Shown: positions 1 through 10,147, numbered from the stretch's first letter. The stretch: 59,926 nt of DNA from an uncultured Verrucomicrobiota bacterium (GCA_903835555.1 CAILNN010000251.1:1-59926), one strand, 5' to 3'. The notes: generated from the letters alone by a model not told the origin. A program made the numbers and translations.

Positions 1-123
1 CAGGCGGGGGCTTCGTTGCTCCTCGGTCACGTATTTCGTCGCAATATGCTCCCTCGTCGCGCCTCGCCCCCGCCTGTTTTGGCTGGCGCATATAGACAAA
101 GCCATTTTGAAAACGCGGCCTAG
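1..123. repeat. Right part of a palindromic MITE/REP-like element (cut by window start)
   Basis: CAGGCGGGGGC (1-11) and GCCCCCGCCTG (66-76) form a perfect inverted repeat. The element ends in AAAGCCATTTTGAAAACGCGGCCTAG, whose 17-mer recurs exactly at 4360-4376. Confidence 0.6.
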
Positions 124-253
124 ACAAAGGACAGTAGGAGCTGAGAGACCGCAGTCGATATGCCCATGGGATAGTCCGGGATCAACTCCCTGGCACCCCG
201 TGATGCGCCGTTCGAGTTTGCAGGCGGACGACCACTTAAGTATCGTACCTTCC

Positions 254-1663
254 GTGCGTCGTATTCTGCTCCGCTCCATTACTTTTCTATTTCTTGCCAC
301 CGGCTTTATCCAATCCGCACGGGCGCTGCCACCGGTTATTCATGTTTTCCAAGAGATTTCGGCTTCATCGGTTTCGCTGCGATGGCAGGTGAATCGTTCA
401 AATTGGCTCTCAACCGTTGAAACTCGGGACGACTTGAGCTTGGGTTCCTGGGAATCTGCCCCGGGAACCGCTTGGCCATCCACAGCGACCAATTGGTCCG
501 ACCTTCGCCCCCAAAATGCCAAAACCCGCTTCTATCGGGTGATTGCCATGCCTCCGGTCGGGCATCCTGGACAGTTGCTGTCGGCGACTTGGGTCGAAAC
601 CTTCTCCATCGCCCAACTGGATGCTCTCTTTCAATTTGCCGGAGCGGCAATTTCCGCCAAATACGCCGTAGGACTGTACGATGTGACCTATGAAACGGTC
701 GACCCGTACGGAGCGCCCATTCTGGCTTCCGGAGCCATCCTGGTTCCCGTTGCTCACACCAACGCTGCTGCTTTGGTCGCTTACGACCATGGCACGTCCA
801 TCGAGAAAAGTGATGTGCCATCCGAACCGAATCTGGAAGGGGTACTCGCCTCCGCCTTTGCCGCAGATGGCTACATTGCCGTGGCCCCCGATTATCTTGG
901 CCTGGGGGCGTCGCCTGGTTTCCATCCCTACCTCCATGCCGCAACCGAAGCATCCGCCACCATCGACCTTCTGCGGGCGACCCGTCAGTTTTGTTCGTCC
1001 AACGCGCTCGCGCTTAACGGTCAACTGTTTATCTCCGGTTACTCGCAAGGCGGGCATTCAGCTCTCGCCACCCTACGAGCCTTGGAGGCCCAGGGAACCA
1101 ACGAGTTTTCTGTCACCGCTTGCGGATGCGGGTCGGGTCCATATGATTTGGCCGGGGTGAGTACCCAGGATTTTCTATCCGGTCGTGTGCCGCCCAATCC
1201 CTACTATTTCCTCTACCTCCTTGCGGCCTATCAGGATGTTTACGGCTTAGCACCGAGCCTGGGTGACTTATTGGCACCTCCTTACAACAGCACGTTGCCA
1301 CCGCTCATGGATGGTTTGCATTCCGACACCGTGGTCAATGGCGCCATGCCCCCTGTTCCCGTTAGTATCCTGGCTCCGGGAGAATTGGCGGATTTCAGGA
1401 GTAACGCGAACAATCCCCTACGGCTCGCCCTGGCAGAGAACTCGCTCTTGGATTGGACTCCAAAGTCCCCGCTGCGCCTCTACAGCTGCTCCGGTGATGA
1501 GGACGTGGTTCCAGCAAACTCCAAGGCGGCTTACGACTCGTTCCAAGCCCGGGGTGTCACTCAGGTGCAATGGCAGGACCCAAAACCCGGTGCTACCCAC
1601 GACACTTGTGCTATTCCGGCCCTTTTCTCCATCAAAGCTTGGTTTGATACGTTAAGGAAATAG
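254..1663 (+). CDS. Secreted lipase/alpha-beta hydrolase (secretory lipase-like) with an N-terminal accessory module
   Basis: GYSQGG nucleophile elbow, HGT oxyanion motif, APDYLGLG, GDEDVVP (Asp) and a late His. A signal-peptide-like stretch follows GTG 254 (ORF track starts at 107). Confidence 0.8.
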   Translation: MRRILLRSITFLFLATGFIQSARALPPVIHVFQEISASSVSLRWQVNRSNWLSTVETRDDLSLGSWESAPGTAWPSTATNWSDLRPQNAKTRFYRVIAMPPVGHPGQLLSATWVETFSIAQLDALFQFAGAAISAKYAVGLYDVTYETVDPYGAPILASGAILVPVAHTNAAALVAYDHGTSIEKSDVPSEPNLEGVLASAFAADGYIAVAPDYLGLGASPGFHPYLHAATEASATIDLLRATRQFCSSNALALNGQLFISGYSQGGHSALATLRALEAQGTNEFSVTACGCGSGPYDLAGVSTQDFLSGRVPPNPYYFLYLLAAYQDVYGLAPSLGDLLAPPYNSTLPPLMDGLHSDTVVNGAMPPVPVSILAPGELADFRSNANNPLRLALAENSLLDWTPKSPLRLYSCSGDEDVVPANSKAAYDSFQARGVTQVQWQDPKPGATHDTCAIPALFSIKAWFDTLRK

Positions 1664-1700
1664 GTGTCGTGCAATGTGAACAGTTTTCGTTTAGTTGCCA

Positions 1701-2300
1701 TTAGGTTTTTAGCTCCAGTGATTCATGTCGGGCACCCATGAAGGCGTTTTCCCTTTGGATAAGATAAGACGGCATATTTGTGATATCATTCCCGTCAATG
1801 CTAACAACGCGCCATGTCTCGCTCCTAACAGATGGAGTATCGCCGACGACTACTGGCGATTCGTCTCGGTTGTACCAGCGCACCTTGCCTGGCATTAGCC
1901 GAACGGTCGCACCAATTGGATGAAGTGAAACCTGCAGATTGTAAGATGGACGACCCAATTCTCGCCAGTATAGACGGAGAACATTTTTTACGGCTGCGAA
2001 CAGCTCGCATTTCATCCGTTGACATCCTTCGGGCATTTCGATGTCATTGAGACTACCCATTCCACCAAAAATCCCTTCAATTTCCCGTGCAAGCAGGTAT
2101 CGCTGACCAACTTGAAAGCCGCCCGAGAATTCGGATTCAGCCTTGGCATGAAAGGTTGCAAGAACATCTGCCCAATGTGAATTGTGTGGCCTCAGGTCAT
2201 CACTCAAACGCTTCAAAGTTGCCAAGAGAATGTTTTCTTCGGATCGCTTTGTTCGACTGAATAATCTCTTGAAGATGTCTGCTATTCCGTTCTGGAACAT
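1701..2300 (-). CDS. Hypothetical protein with GGMGSLND motif (DUF6966-like) and a small C-terminal beta domain
   Basis: 199-aa ORF filling the gap between two genes; FGGMGSLNDI motif. Confidence 0.55.
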   Translation of the reverse strand: MFQNGIADIFKRLFSRTKRSEENILLATLKRLSDDLRPHNSHWADVLATFHAKAESEFSGGFQVGQRYLLAREIEGIFGGMGSLNDIEMPEGCQRMKCELFAAVKNVLRLYWRELGRPSYNLQVSLHPIGATVRLMPGKVRWYNRDESPVVVGDTPSVRSETWRVVSIDGNDITNMPSYLIQRENAFMGARHESLELKT

Positions 2301-2342
2301 TCCGCTACCAAATCATATGGGTAAATTGCCATCAAGACCGTT

Positions 2343-4211
2343 TCATCGCCCGCCGCTCATGGCCCGCCCCGAATAGGGCAGGGTATGCCCTTCACCACGA
2401 CGAATGACGGATTCTTTCTCTCCCCGGATTTCGCGAACTAGCGTTGAAAATGGATTCCCGTTAAAGCAAACCTCGGAGAAGAAGGTGAAGACCTCCGCAT
2501 CGTGCGTGACAAACATGGGACCCAACTGACCGGACGTGGTGGTGTAGCTGAAACCACCCAACAGTTCGCTCCGTCCGCCATGAAAGGTTTTCAGCAATGT
2601 CCCGCCGCGCTCCGTTTTGTAGCCCAGAATCCAGAGCTGCCCGCCATCATTCGCCAGATGGGTCCCTTCGTTTTCAATGTTCAACTGCTTCGCCCAGACC
2701 CGCTGCCCCCGCAGTACCAACTGATCGGTGACCACATCTTCGAGGTATAGTTCTCCCCCCACCGCTTGTTCCCGGCTGTGGATCGGGCAATCCGAAACGC
2801 TTCGTAAAATCACCTTTCGTCGACTGGCAATTTCCAACCCGCCGCCAATGTATCCGAAATGGTCAAAGCTGACCGGAGCAACCTCCCCGCCTTCGATGCG
2901 GAAAGACGGGTGATCCGATTGCCCATAATTGATCATTCCACCGACGCCTGCCAACCGATGCACCTTGCTTCGAAGGATGACGGTCGACTTGATTCGATAG
3001 CTTCCCGGCAGGAATACCGTGGTCGCACCGGAGTCAATGGCGCGTTGGATCGATTCCGCCGAATCGTTGCCCCCCGTCGGGTCGGCTCCAAACCGATCCA
3101 CCGTGGCCCAGGAGTCCGGTGCATCCCACGGGATGATCGGCATTTCTTGGATGGGCAAACGACTGGACTCTTTTGCGGACGGAAACGCCTCGAAGGTAGA
3201 TCGGCTTGAATACTCGTGAATGTTGGGACCTAGGGAACCCGGTTTGTCGGTCCCTTGAACCCGGAAGGCAGCTCCCGAATCGGGCGTGGCCACGTCCGCC
3301 ACGGCGCGCCCGTATCCCGTCGTAGCCACATCGCGCAGCCACACGGAGCCACCATTGTAATTGATGATGGCCGGAGTTCCCGAGGCTCCATCTTTCCCAC
3401 GTAAGTTGGCGTCCAGGAGAGCGACCGTTCCATAAGTCTTCAGAACCGGGACCCGATTATCGCTGACCAGCCTCCGAATTGTGATGGGCTGTCCGGCATT
3501 TTCGAAGCCGACCATTCGCTGTCCACGCAGGATCAAGTCTTCAAATGTCTGGCTATTCACCGCACCTGCTGTCGTTACCCCGCGATCAAAGCCGACGACT
3601 TCGCAACGCTCGACCAATAGAGGCCCGTTCATATCCCGATGCCCAAGATCGATTCCGGTAACGCCTCCGCCATCTGTATCGATAAAGCGGCAATTCCGGA
3701 TCGCCCCCGAATTATTGGAATAAAATTGCAGTGCTATGGCACCTCGATTACCCGAACCGATATCGAAGGTCAGGTTTTCGACGTAATTATGGAACCAATC
3801 GGCAGAACCAAATCCTCCACACCACATCATCGCCGCCGGTTTGGCAGGATCGGGAATGGCCCCGTCTTTGAGTCGAATTCGACAACGACCTGCGTTGGAA
3901 CCATGAAGAAAGGTGAACCCCCAGTTATCGTGTCCGCCCCATTTCTTGGGCCACATCAGGGTTCGACTGATGAGATAGGTGCCGGGCGGAAAATAAAGCA
4001 TATGATGCTTTCCAACATGCTCATTCAGAGCGCGTTGGAGTGCATCCGTGTCGTCTGTCATTCCGTCCCCTTTTGCGTCATAGGGGGGCAGGGTCACGTT
4101 CACGACGAAAGGCGATGCTGGGTAAATCTCGCCCGAGGACTCAATCGCCGCGCAGCGACCGATAATCGCCGCGAAAACCGAGAGGAGAGAACATAGAATC
4201 CTAGGTACCAT
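2343..4211 (-). CDS. Secreted pectate-lyase-fold beta-helix glycoside hydrolase (GH55/GH28-related)
   Basis: Signal peptide; two repeats of the Pectate_lyase_3-type start (AKGDGMTDDTDALQRAL...YFPPGTY and FGADPTGGNDSAESIQRAI...FLPGSY). Confidence 0.75.
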   Translation of the reverse strand: MVPRILCSLLSVFAAIIGRCAAIESSGEIYPASPFVVNVTLPPYDAKGDGMTDDTDALQRALNEHVGKHHMLYFPPGTYLISRTLMWPKKWGGHDNWGFTFLHGSNAGRCRIRLKDGAIPDPAKPAAMMWCGGFGSADWFHNYVENLTFDIGSGNRGAIALQFYSNNSGAIRNCRFIDTDGGGVTGIDLGHRDMNGPLLVERCEVVGFDRGVTTAGAVNSQTFEDLILRGQRMVGFENAGQPITIRRLVSDNRVPVLKTYGTVALLDANLRGKDGASGTPAIINYNGGSVWLRDVATTGYGRAVADVATPDSGAAFRVQGTDKPGSLGPNIHEYSSRSTFEAFPSAKESSRLPIQEMPIIPWDAPDSWATVDRFGADPTGGNDSAESIQRAIDSGATTVFLPGSYRIKSTVILRSKVHRLAGVGGMINYGQSDHPSFRIEGGEVAPVSFDHFGYIGGGLEIASRRKVILRSVSDCPIHSREQAVGGELYLEDVVTDQLVLRGQRVWAKQLNIENEGTHLANDGGQLWILGYKTERGGTLLKTFHGGRSELLGGFSYTTTSGQLGPMFVTHDAEVFTFFSEVCFNGNPFSTLVREIRGEKESVIRRGEGHTLPYSGRAMSGGR

Positions 4212-4385
4212 GGCTATTCATCAAACTGGCTAATTGTAAGGCCGCTAGCCTCGGGAAACAGGCGTCGAATGGTCCCAATTCGTCTTGAAGCGTCGCACCA
4301 TCGATTCTCATGGTTGCCAAAGAACGAAGCGAAGAAAGGGGAAATTTGGGAAAAATGGGAAAGCCATTTTGAAAACACGCCATGG
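4208..4385. mobile_element. Degenerate MITE-like element between divergent genes
   Basis: Imperfect terminal inverted repeat CCATGGC....TCAAAcTGGC / GCCATTTTGAAAACACGCCATGG; the right end shares a 17-mer with the element at 1-123. Confidence 0.4.
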
Positions 4386-4465
4386 AAATCCTTGCGCGAT
4401 TTTCCGAAACTAATTGGGTCTTGCAACGTCTGATGCCTTGTCTGGAAATGTCTGGACGCTACTTC

Positions 4466-5197
4466 ATGAATGTCTCTTTTCACCGTTCGGTGGTCTTGGT
4501 GGCCTTGACCGCCGTGCTTGCTGGATGCGTTGATCCCTACGGCCAACCCAACTACACCGGCAGCGGAGCCTTGATCGGCGGTGGCTCTGGAGCCTTGCTG
4601 GGAGCCGCCATAGACCGTCGAAATCCCGCTGCTGGTGCGTTGATTGGTGGTGCGGCCGGTCTGCTGACCGGAAGCCTCATTGGACACAGCATGGATGAAG
4701 ATGCCCGCCGACGCTATTACTACCAACCACCCCCGGTTTACGTACCACCGCCGCCGGCCGCAGCCTACGTGGCCCCGCCTCCTCAAGTCCCCCCTCCGAG
4801 CATTTCCGATATCAAGTCGATGGCCCGGTCAGGCGTGAGCGAAGACGTCATCATGAGCCAGATTACCCGCAGTCATGCGGTCTACTCGCTCGACGCCAAC
4901 GCGATTATTGATCTGAAAAACGCCGGGGTTTCGGATGCCGTTGTCCACCTCATGATGATGAGCGCCAGCGACGCCGTTGTTTCCCAGCCACCGCCGAGCC
5001 CTCCGGTAGAGACGATCGCGGTAGCGCCCGGGCCTGACTATTACTGGTGTCGCGGTGAGTGGAGCTGGTCTGGCAGTGCCTGGGTCTGGATCCCTGGCCG
5101 TTGGGTCGCACCACCTCGGCGCGGAGCCATTTGGGTGGAAACCTATTGGGTTCGCGGACCTCGCGGCTGGTATCGGGTGTCCGGTCACTGGCGGTAG
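4466..5197 (+). CDS. Lipoprotein with glycine zipper, Pro-rich linker and WxxGxW repeats
   Basis: Lipobox LAGC after ATG 4466; GALIGGGSGALLGAAI zipper; C-terminal WCRGEW / WIPGRW / VSGHW repeats. Confidence 0.8.
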   Translation: MNVSFHRSVVLVALTAVLAGCVDPYGQPNYTGSGALIGGGSGALLGAAIDRRNPAAGALIGGAAGLLTGSLIGHSMDEDARRRYYYQPPPVYVPPPPAAAYVAPPPQVPPPSISDIKSMARSGVSEDVIMSQITRSHAVYSLDANAIIDLKNAGVSDAVVHLMMMSASDAVVSQPPPSPPVETIAVAPGPDYYWCRGEWSWSGSAWVWIPGRWVAPPRRGAIWVETYWVRGPRGWYRVSGHWR

Positions 5198-5440
5198 AGA
5201 TCGGCCGTTTTGAAGGCCTCGAGAAAACGGCTGTAAGTCCCCGCCAAAGCTCAAACGGAATTCCAACACAGCAGCAATGCTCCAAGGTGAGGCAAATTGC
5301 TGCCCAATCATACTCACCTCGACATCCGCGCTTTCGGGGGAAATCCTTGACCGTGAGTTCCTCATAGAGAATTAGGCGATTGGCAAATGGTCCTGCGATC
5401 GCCCCATTCTATTCCAGACGCAGTATACGGATTGCTGGTC

Positions 5441-5476
5441 AAATATTGTCAGTGTGCTTAAAAAGCGACAATATTT
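5441..5476. promoter_or_regulatory. Dyad site, candidate enhancer-binding-protein site for the urea operon
   Basis: AAATATTGTC-N16-GACAATATTT perfect 10-bp inverted repeat about 190 bp upstream of the sigma54 motif. Confidence 0.45.
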
Positions 5477-5665
5477 TGCATTTTATTCAGTTCAAGGGCG
5501 AACGATGCGCGGCCTTCACAATTTCCGCGAGGGCTTGTCGTGATCGTATTCTTGATGATGACGGATAGATAATTCGGGCAAAAAGGGGTCCTTTTGTGTC
5601 ATCGAACAGGACCAAGTGAATTCGCGACAAAAGTGGATTTCGGTTTTTTGGCCCAATGAAAGCAG

Positions 5666-5683
5666 TTGGAACGCCGGGTGCTT
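5666..5683 (+). promoter_or_regulatory. Sigma54 (-24/-12) promoter
   Basis: TTGGAACGCCGGGTGCTT has GG-N10-GC spacing, about 100 bp upstream of a nitrogen-acquisition operon. Confidence 0.65.
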
Positions 5684-5780
5684 CAATGGGTTACACCCGG
5701 CAATATTCGACAAAGACGGGCCGGTGGATGGATAAGTGACCCGACAACCCAACAGTAATACAACGCTAATAAAACGTTCT

Positions 5781-7040
5781 ATGCCAATTCTTTCTCGATC
5801 TTTGCCATCCCGACTGCTTCGGTCGGCAGTCTGGGCAGTTCTACCGGCGGCGACAGTGGCTACTTCATTAATTTCAATGCCTGCCTGGGCCGATGAAACC
5901 GACCGACTGAAGAAACTCGAGGATGAAAACGCTGCGCTTAAGAGTCGCCTCGATAGCTTGGAGCAGATGGCCAAAAAGGAAGGGATTTTGACTGAATCGG
6001 CAACAAATACCGTCCGGGCCCTCAGCCCAATCCAACTGAGCGGCTTCGTTACCAGCTCCTACTTCTACGATACGAGCAATCCGAAGAGCGGAACTTCGCC
6101 TGGATATTTATGGAATCGAAAGTCCGATTCCTTTGCCCTCAACAAGGTCAAGTTGACGATTGCCAGTCCGGCAGTGGAGCGCAGCGGAGATTCGTGGGGG
6201 GTTGGATATCGTGCCTCCATGATTTTCGGTCAGGACGCCGCGATCGTGAACACGAAGTCTTCCACGGTCGGCTTCAGCAGTCTGCGCGAAGCTTATGTGG
6301 AATTAAATGCTCCAATCGGCACAGGTTTGAATTTCAAAGCCGGCGAATTGATCTCGCTTTTGAACTATGAGTCAGGAGATGGCGGTGCGGTGAATGACAA
6401 TTTTTCCCAAGGTTATCAGTGGTTCTATACCGGCAACCCTCCTGCCGCCGGGGCTCAATTGGGTTATACCTTCACCGATTGGCTCGACGCCAAGGTGCGC
6501 CTCCAAAACGGCCTTTATGCCGGTCCAATTGACAACAATCAGAGCAAGACCGTCATGGCCTCTATTGGAGTCAAGCCGACGGACAAGATCTGGATGAATT
6601 TCGTCGGTTTCACCGGTCGGGAAAATGACAGCTTGCGCATTGTTCAAGGGGTTTCCCTTTTGGGAGGATGGAGTGTCACCGATAAGTTCCATGTCGGAAC
6701 TGAATTGGACTATTTTGATTTCAACATTGGCCACAAAGACCATGCCGTTTGGTCGACCGGTGGATGGTTCTCCTATGCCCTTACCGACAAGGTCGGCGCA
6801 GCCATCCGGGCAGAATACCTGAGTGATACGGATGGCGTGGATGCCTCGGCCGACCCGCTTGGGTTTGCCCCGAACGCCGGTCAGGACATCTCCAGCGTGG
6901 CATTTACGTTCAATATCAAGCCGCTGCCGCAGGTTAAGATTCAGCCGGAAATTCGGTATGATCATTCCTCGCTGTCGGACGCGTTTGGTTCCAAGAAGGA
7001 CCGCGTCGTCGTGGGAGCAGGTGTCTCCTATCTCTTTTAA
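5781..7040 (+). CDS. Outer-membrane beta-barrel porin (BBP2-like), first gene of the urea operon
   Basis: Signal peptide ending AWA, short coiled coil, alternating beta-strands, QPEIRYD motif, C-terminal YLF. Confidence 0.8.
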   Translation: MPILSRSLPSRLLRSAVWAVLPAATVATSLISMPAWADETDRLKKLEDENAALKSRLDSLEQMAKKEGILTESATNTVRALSPIQLSGFVTSSYFYDTSNPKSGTSPGYLWNRKSDSFALNKVKLTIASPAVERSGDSWGVGYRASMIFGQDAAIVNTKSSTVGFSSLREAYVELNAPIGTGLNFKAGELISLLNYESGDGGAVNDNFSQGYQWFYTGNPPAAGAQLGYTFTDWLDAKVRLQNGLYAGPIDNNQSKTVMASIGVKPTDKIWMNFVGFTGRENDSLRIVQGVSLLGGWSVTDKFHVGTELDYFDFNIGHKDHAVWSTGGWFSYALTDKVGAAIRAEYLSDTDGVDASADPLGFAPNAGQDISSVAFTFNIKPLPQVKIQPEIRYDHSSLSDAFGSKKDRVVVGAGVSYLF

Positions 7041-7100
7041 TTCTTGTTAATATATTTTAAACTGAGCTCTAATCCAGAAATTCTCTTGCTTAAGATACTC

Positions 7101-8330
7101 ATGAAATCGTCATTGAAATCTATTGCTGCCGGACTGGCTGCCGGAATTTTGGCCTGGTCGACCCACGCGGCTGAGACGGTCAAAGTCGGCGTTTTGCACT
7201 CTCTCTCCGGAACCATGGCCATCAGCGAAACGTCGCTGAAGGACGTCCTCCTGTTTACCTTCGATGAGATCAACAAAAAGGGCGGCGTGCTTGGAAAGAT
7301 GATCGAGCCGGTCGTTGTCGATCCTGCCTCCAATTGGCCGTTGTTTGCCGAAAAAGCCAGCCAGTTGCTGGAACAGGACAAGGTTGCTGCCGTTTTCGGC
7401 TGCTGGACCTCGGTGAGCCGCAAGTCAGTCTTGCCCGTGTTTGAAAAGGACAATGGACTTCTCTTTTACCCGGTTCAATACGAGGGGGAGGAGTTGTCCA
7501 AGAACATCTTCTACACAGCCGAAGCGGTCAACCAGCAGGCCATTCCGGCCGTCAACTACATGCTGGCCGAAGGCAAGAAGAAGTTTTACCTGCTCGGTTC
7601 CGACTACGTCTATCCCCGTACCACCAACAAGATTCTCAAGAAGTATCTGTTGATGAAAGGTATTCCTGAATCGGACATCGTTGAAATCTACACTCCCTTT
7701 GGCCATACCGACTACCAAACCATCGTCGCTGCCATCAAGCAGTTTTCCGCCGGTGGAAAGGCCTGTGTCATTAGCACCCTGAACGGCGATACCAATGTTC
7801 CGTTCTTCAAAGAATTCGCCAACGCTGGTCTGACTTCTGAAAACTGTCCGGTGGTCTCGTTCTCGATCTCTGAAGACGAATTCCGAGGTCTACCGGCCAA
7901 GGACTTGGTCGGGCACCTCGGCTGCTGGACCTACTTTATGTCCCTCAAGACCCCTGCCAACAAGGCGTTCGTTGATTCCTTCAATGCCTGGCTCACGCAT
8001 CCCGTCGTTACTGGCGTTGATTACAAAGTCACTGTCGATCCCAAAAACCGCGTTACGTGCAGTCCAATGAACCTCTCTCGCATCGGTGTCTATCTGTGGA
8101 AGCAGGCGGTCGAAAAAGCGGGTACCTTCGACGTCGACAAGGTCCGCGACGCGCTGATTGGACAAAAGTTTGATGGACCGACTGGTACGGTGACCATGCA
8201 GGCCAATCATCACTTGATAAACAATGTGTTCATCGGTGAAACGTTGGCCACGGGTCAATTCAAGATCATCAAGAAACTAGGGCCCGTGGCTGGCGAGCCT
8301 TTCAGCGACAAGTTCCTCGCAGGCAAATAA
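7101..8330 (+). CDS. urtA: Urea ABC transporter substrate-binding protein
   Basis: [52 protein letters not shown]. Confidence 0.95.
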   Translation: MKSSLKSIAAGLAAGILAWSTHAAETVKVGVLHSLSGTMAISETSLKDVLLFTFDEINKKGGVLGKMIEPVVVDPASNWPLFAEKASQLLEQDKVAAVFGCWTSVSRKSVLPVFEKDNGLLFYPVQYEGEELSKNIFYTAEAVNQQAIPAVNYMLAEGKKKFYLLGSDYVYPRTTNKILKKYLLMKGIPESDIVEIYTPFGHTDYQTIVAAIKQFSAGGKACVISTLNGDTNVPFFKEFANAGLTSENCPVVSFSISEDEFRGLPAKDLVGHLGCWTYFMSLKTPANKAFVDSFNAWLTHPVVTGVDYKVTVDPKNRVTCSPMNLSRIGVYLWKQAVEKAGTFDVDKVRDALIGQKFDGPTGTVTMQANHHLINNVFIGETLATGQFKIIKKLGPVAGEPFSDKFLAGK

Positions 8331-8380
8331 TTGTCACCAGGTCCATCACCGGACCGATTCGAATTCCGGAATATATCGCC

Positions 8381-8420
8381 GAGGGGCGGGTTTCATCATC
8401 CCGCCCCTCCTGTTTCTGTT
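8381..8420 (+). terminator. Intercistronic hairpin after urtA (partial terminator or mRNA stabiliser)
   Basis: GAGGGGCGGG-loop-CCCGCCCCTC 10-bp stem followed by CTGTTTCTGTT. Confidence 0.6.
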
Positions 8421-8435
8421 GACGACCCGACCAAC

Positions 8436-10145
8436 ATGACTTTCTCCCTCTTCCCAGGACGATTCTCCAGCGGTTTTTATCGATGCTTTTGGGCAATCAT
8501 TCTTGCATCGCGGTTGTTCGCCGATCTTCCAGCGAATGAGGCGCGTGCCCGGAAGCTCCTGGCTGAAGCTGTTGTTGAAGCCGATGAAACGCGGCAATTT
8601 GGCTTGATTCGCAGACTGTCCGAAATTCCCGAGCCAATCGTGGCCCAGGTGCTGTTGGCGTGGCGTCAGGGAGGACTCTATGTTTTCGATTCCCCAACGG
8701 GCCAGGTACCCTTTCTGCTGGAAGGGCAGAGTGACGCGCAGGGGAAAGTACGCGGTCTTCAACTCACGGACGGCGAACCTCTCAAGGACGAAAAAGGAGT
8801 CGACCTCCGATTTCAAACCGCAGATTTAACCGCCGTTGACACCACCAGCCATCTGCGTAAAGCCATAAAAACGTCCCTGGATTTGCTCGCTCTCGCCAAC
8901 CCGGACGCCAAAATGAGGCGTGATGCAGTATTGAAGCTCGGACAGGATCAAGATATCGAGTTGCTCAAACCGATCGAGGATCGAGCCCAAAAAGAGACCG
9001 ATCTGGAAGTCCAAAGAGCCTACGTGGAGGCGATTGCCTTTATTGGATTGGAAAGCGAGGACGAAGCCTTACGGGTGGCTGCAGCAGAAAAACTGGGTCG
9101 GTTGAAATCCTTGAACTCGTTGACCTTTTTGGAAAAACTGGTGAAAGAGGCTGGCACCGAACCGAATAAATACGGTGCCGCGACCTTGAAAGCCGGTAAG
9201 CAGGCTTTGGCACTCGTTGCGGAGCATCAGGGATGGGTCAATACCGTTGGGACCGGTTTTAGAGGATTGAGCACTGCGGCTGTCTTACTCGTCGCCGCGC
9301 TCGGACTCGCCATCACCTTTGGGCTGATGGGGGTCATCAATATGGCGCACGGTGAAATGATGATGGTGGGAGCCTATACCACCTTCCTGATTCAAAATCA
9401 GTTTCGGGCTTGGTTTGGCCCGTCGGGAGTCGGATTCGATTCTCACTTTCCCGTGGCCCTGGTGGCCTCCTTCATCGCCGCTGCGGTCGTTGGATTAATC
9501 TTGGAGCGCGGCGTCATTCAATTCCTTTATAGACGTCCCTTGGAATCGCTCCTGGCAACTTCGGGCGTCAGTCTGGTGCTTCAACAAGTCTTCCGTAGCA
9601 TTTTCGGCGCAGCCAACGTGCAAGTCGGATCGCCCAGTTGGCTCATGGGCAACCTAGCCATCGCCGATGTCCAATTGGCCTACAATCGCGTCTTCGTCAT
9701 TGGCTTTGCGTTGTTTGTTCTGCTATTGACTTATGCTCTCCTTACCCGGACGTCCCTCGGATTGCAAATCCGTGCGGTCATGCAGAATCGTTCGATGGCC
9801 GCCGCTCTCGGGGTTCGAGCCGACCGCGTGAATATGATGACCTTTGCTTTTGGCTCTGGACTGGCTGGCATGGCGGGTGCCTGCCTTTCCCAGTTGGCCA
9901 ATGTCGGGCCAAGTTTGGGCCAGAGTTATATCGTCGATTGCTTCATGGTGGTTGTCCTGGGAGGGGTGGGTAATCTGGTCGGAACTGTGGCCGCAGCCTT
10001 GGGAATCGGAGTCACCGATCAATTGCTCCAGCCGTGGGTCGGTGCCGTTCTAGGCAAAATATCGGTCTTGGGAGCAATCATCCTCTTCTTGCAATGGCGT
10101 CCCGCCGGGATTTTTGTCACCCGTAGCCGTAGCCTCGAAGGATAA
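8436..10145 (+). CDS. urtB: Urea ABC transporter permease with N-terminal HEAT-like extension
   Basis: [39 protein letters not shown]; ATG 8436 chosen downstream of the hairpin. Confidence 0.92.
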   Translation: MTFSLFPGRFSSGFYRCFWAIILASRLFADLPANEARARKLLAEAVVEADETRQFGLIRRLSEIPEPIVAQVLLAWRQGGLYVFDSPTGQVPFLLEGQSDAQGKVRGLQLTDGEPLKDEKGVDLRFQTADLTAVDTTSHLRKAIKTSLDLLALANPDAKMRRDAVLKLGQDQDIELLKPIEDRAQKETDLEVQRAYVEAIAFIGLESEDEALRVAAAEKLGRLKSLNSLTFLEKLVKEAGTEPNKYGAATLKAGKQALALVAEHQGWVNTVGTGFRGLSTAAVLLVAALGLAITFGLMGVINMAHGEMMMVGAYTTFLIQNQFRAWFGPSGVGFDSHFPVALVASFIAAAVVGLILERGVIQFLYRRPLESLLATSGVSLVLQQVFRSIFGAANVQVGSPSWLMGNLAIADVQLAYNRVFVIGFALFVLLLTYALLTRTSLGLQIRAVMQNRSMAAALGVRADRVNMMTFAFGSGLAGMAGACLSQLANVGPSLGQSYIVDCFMVVVLGGVGNLVGTVAAALGIGVTDQLLQPWVGAVLGKISVLGAIILFLQWRPAGIFVTRSRSLEG

Positions 10146-10147
10146 TC

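Noticed and set aside
107-253. Upstream extension of the lipase ORF, and similar long extensions at 7044, 8331, 13503, 16062, 48896 and 56282
   Set aside because: The extensions overlap repeats, hairpins or neighbouring genes, or precede the apparent signal peptide or conserved N-terminus; downstream starts were preferred.
5686-5745. ANTAR-type or guanidine riboswitch leader before the porin
   Set aside because: A loose stem is possible, but paired tandem hexaloop hairpins and guanidine-riboswitch motifs are not present.
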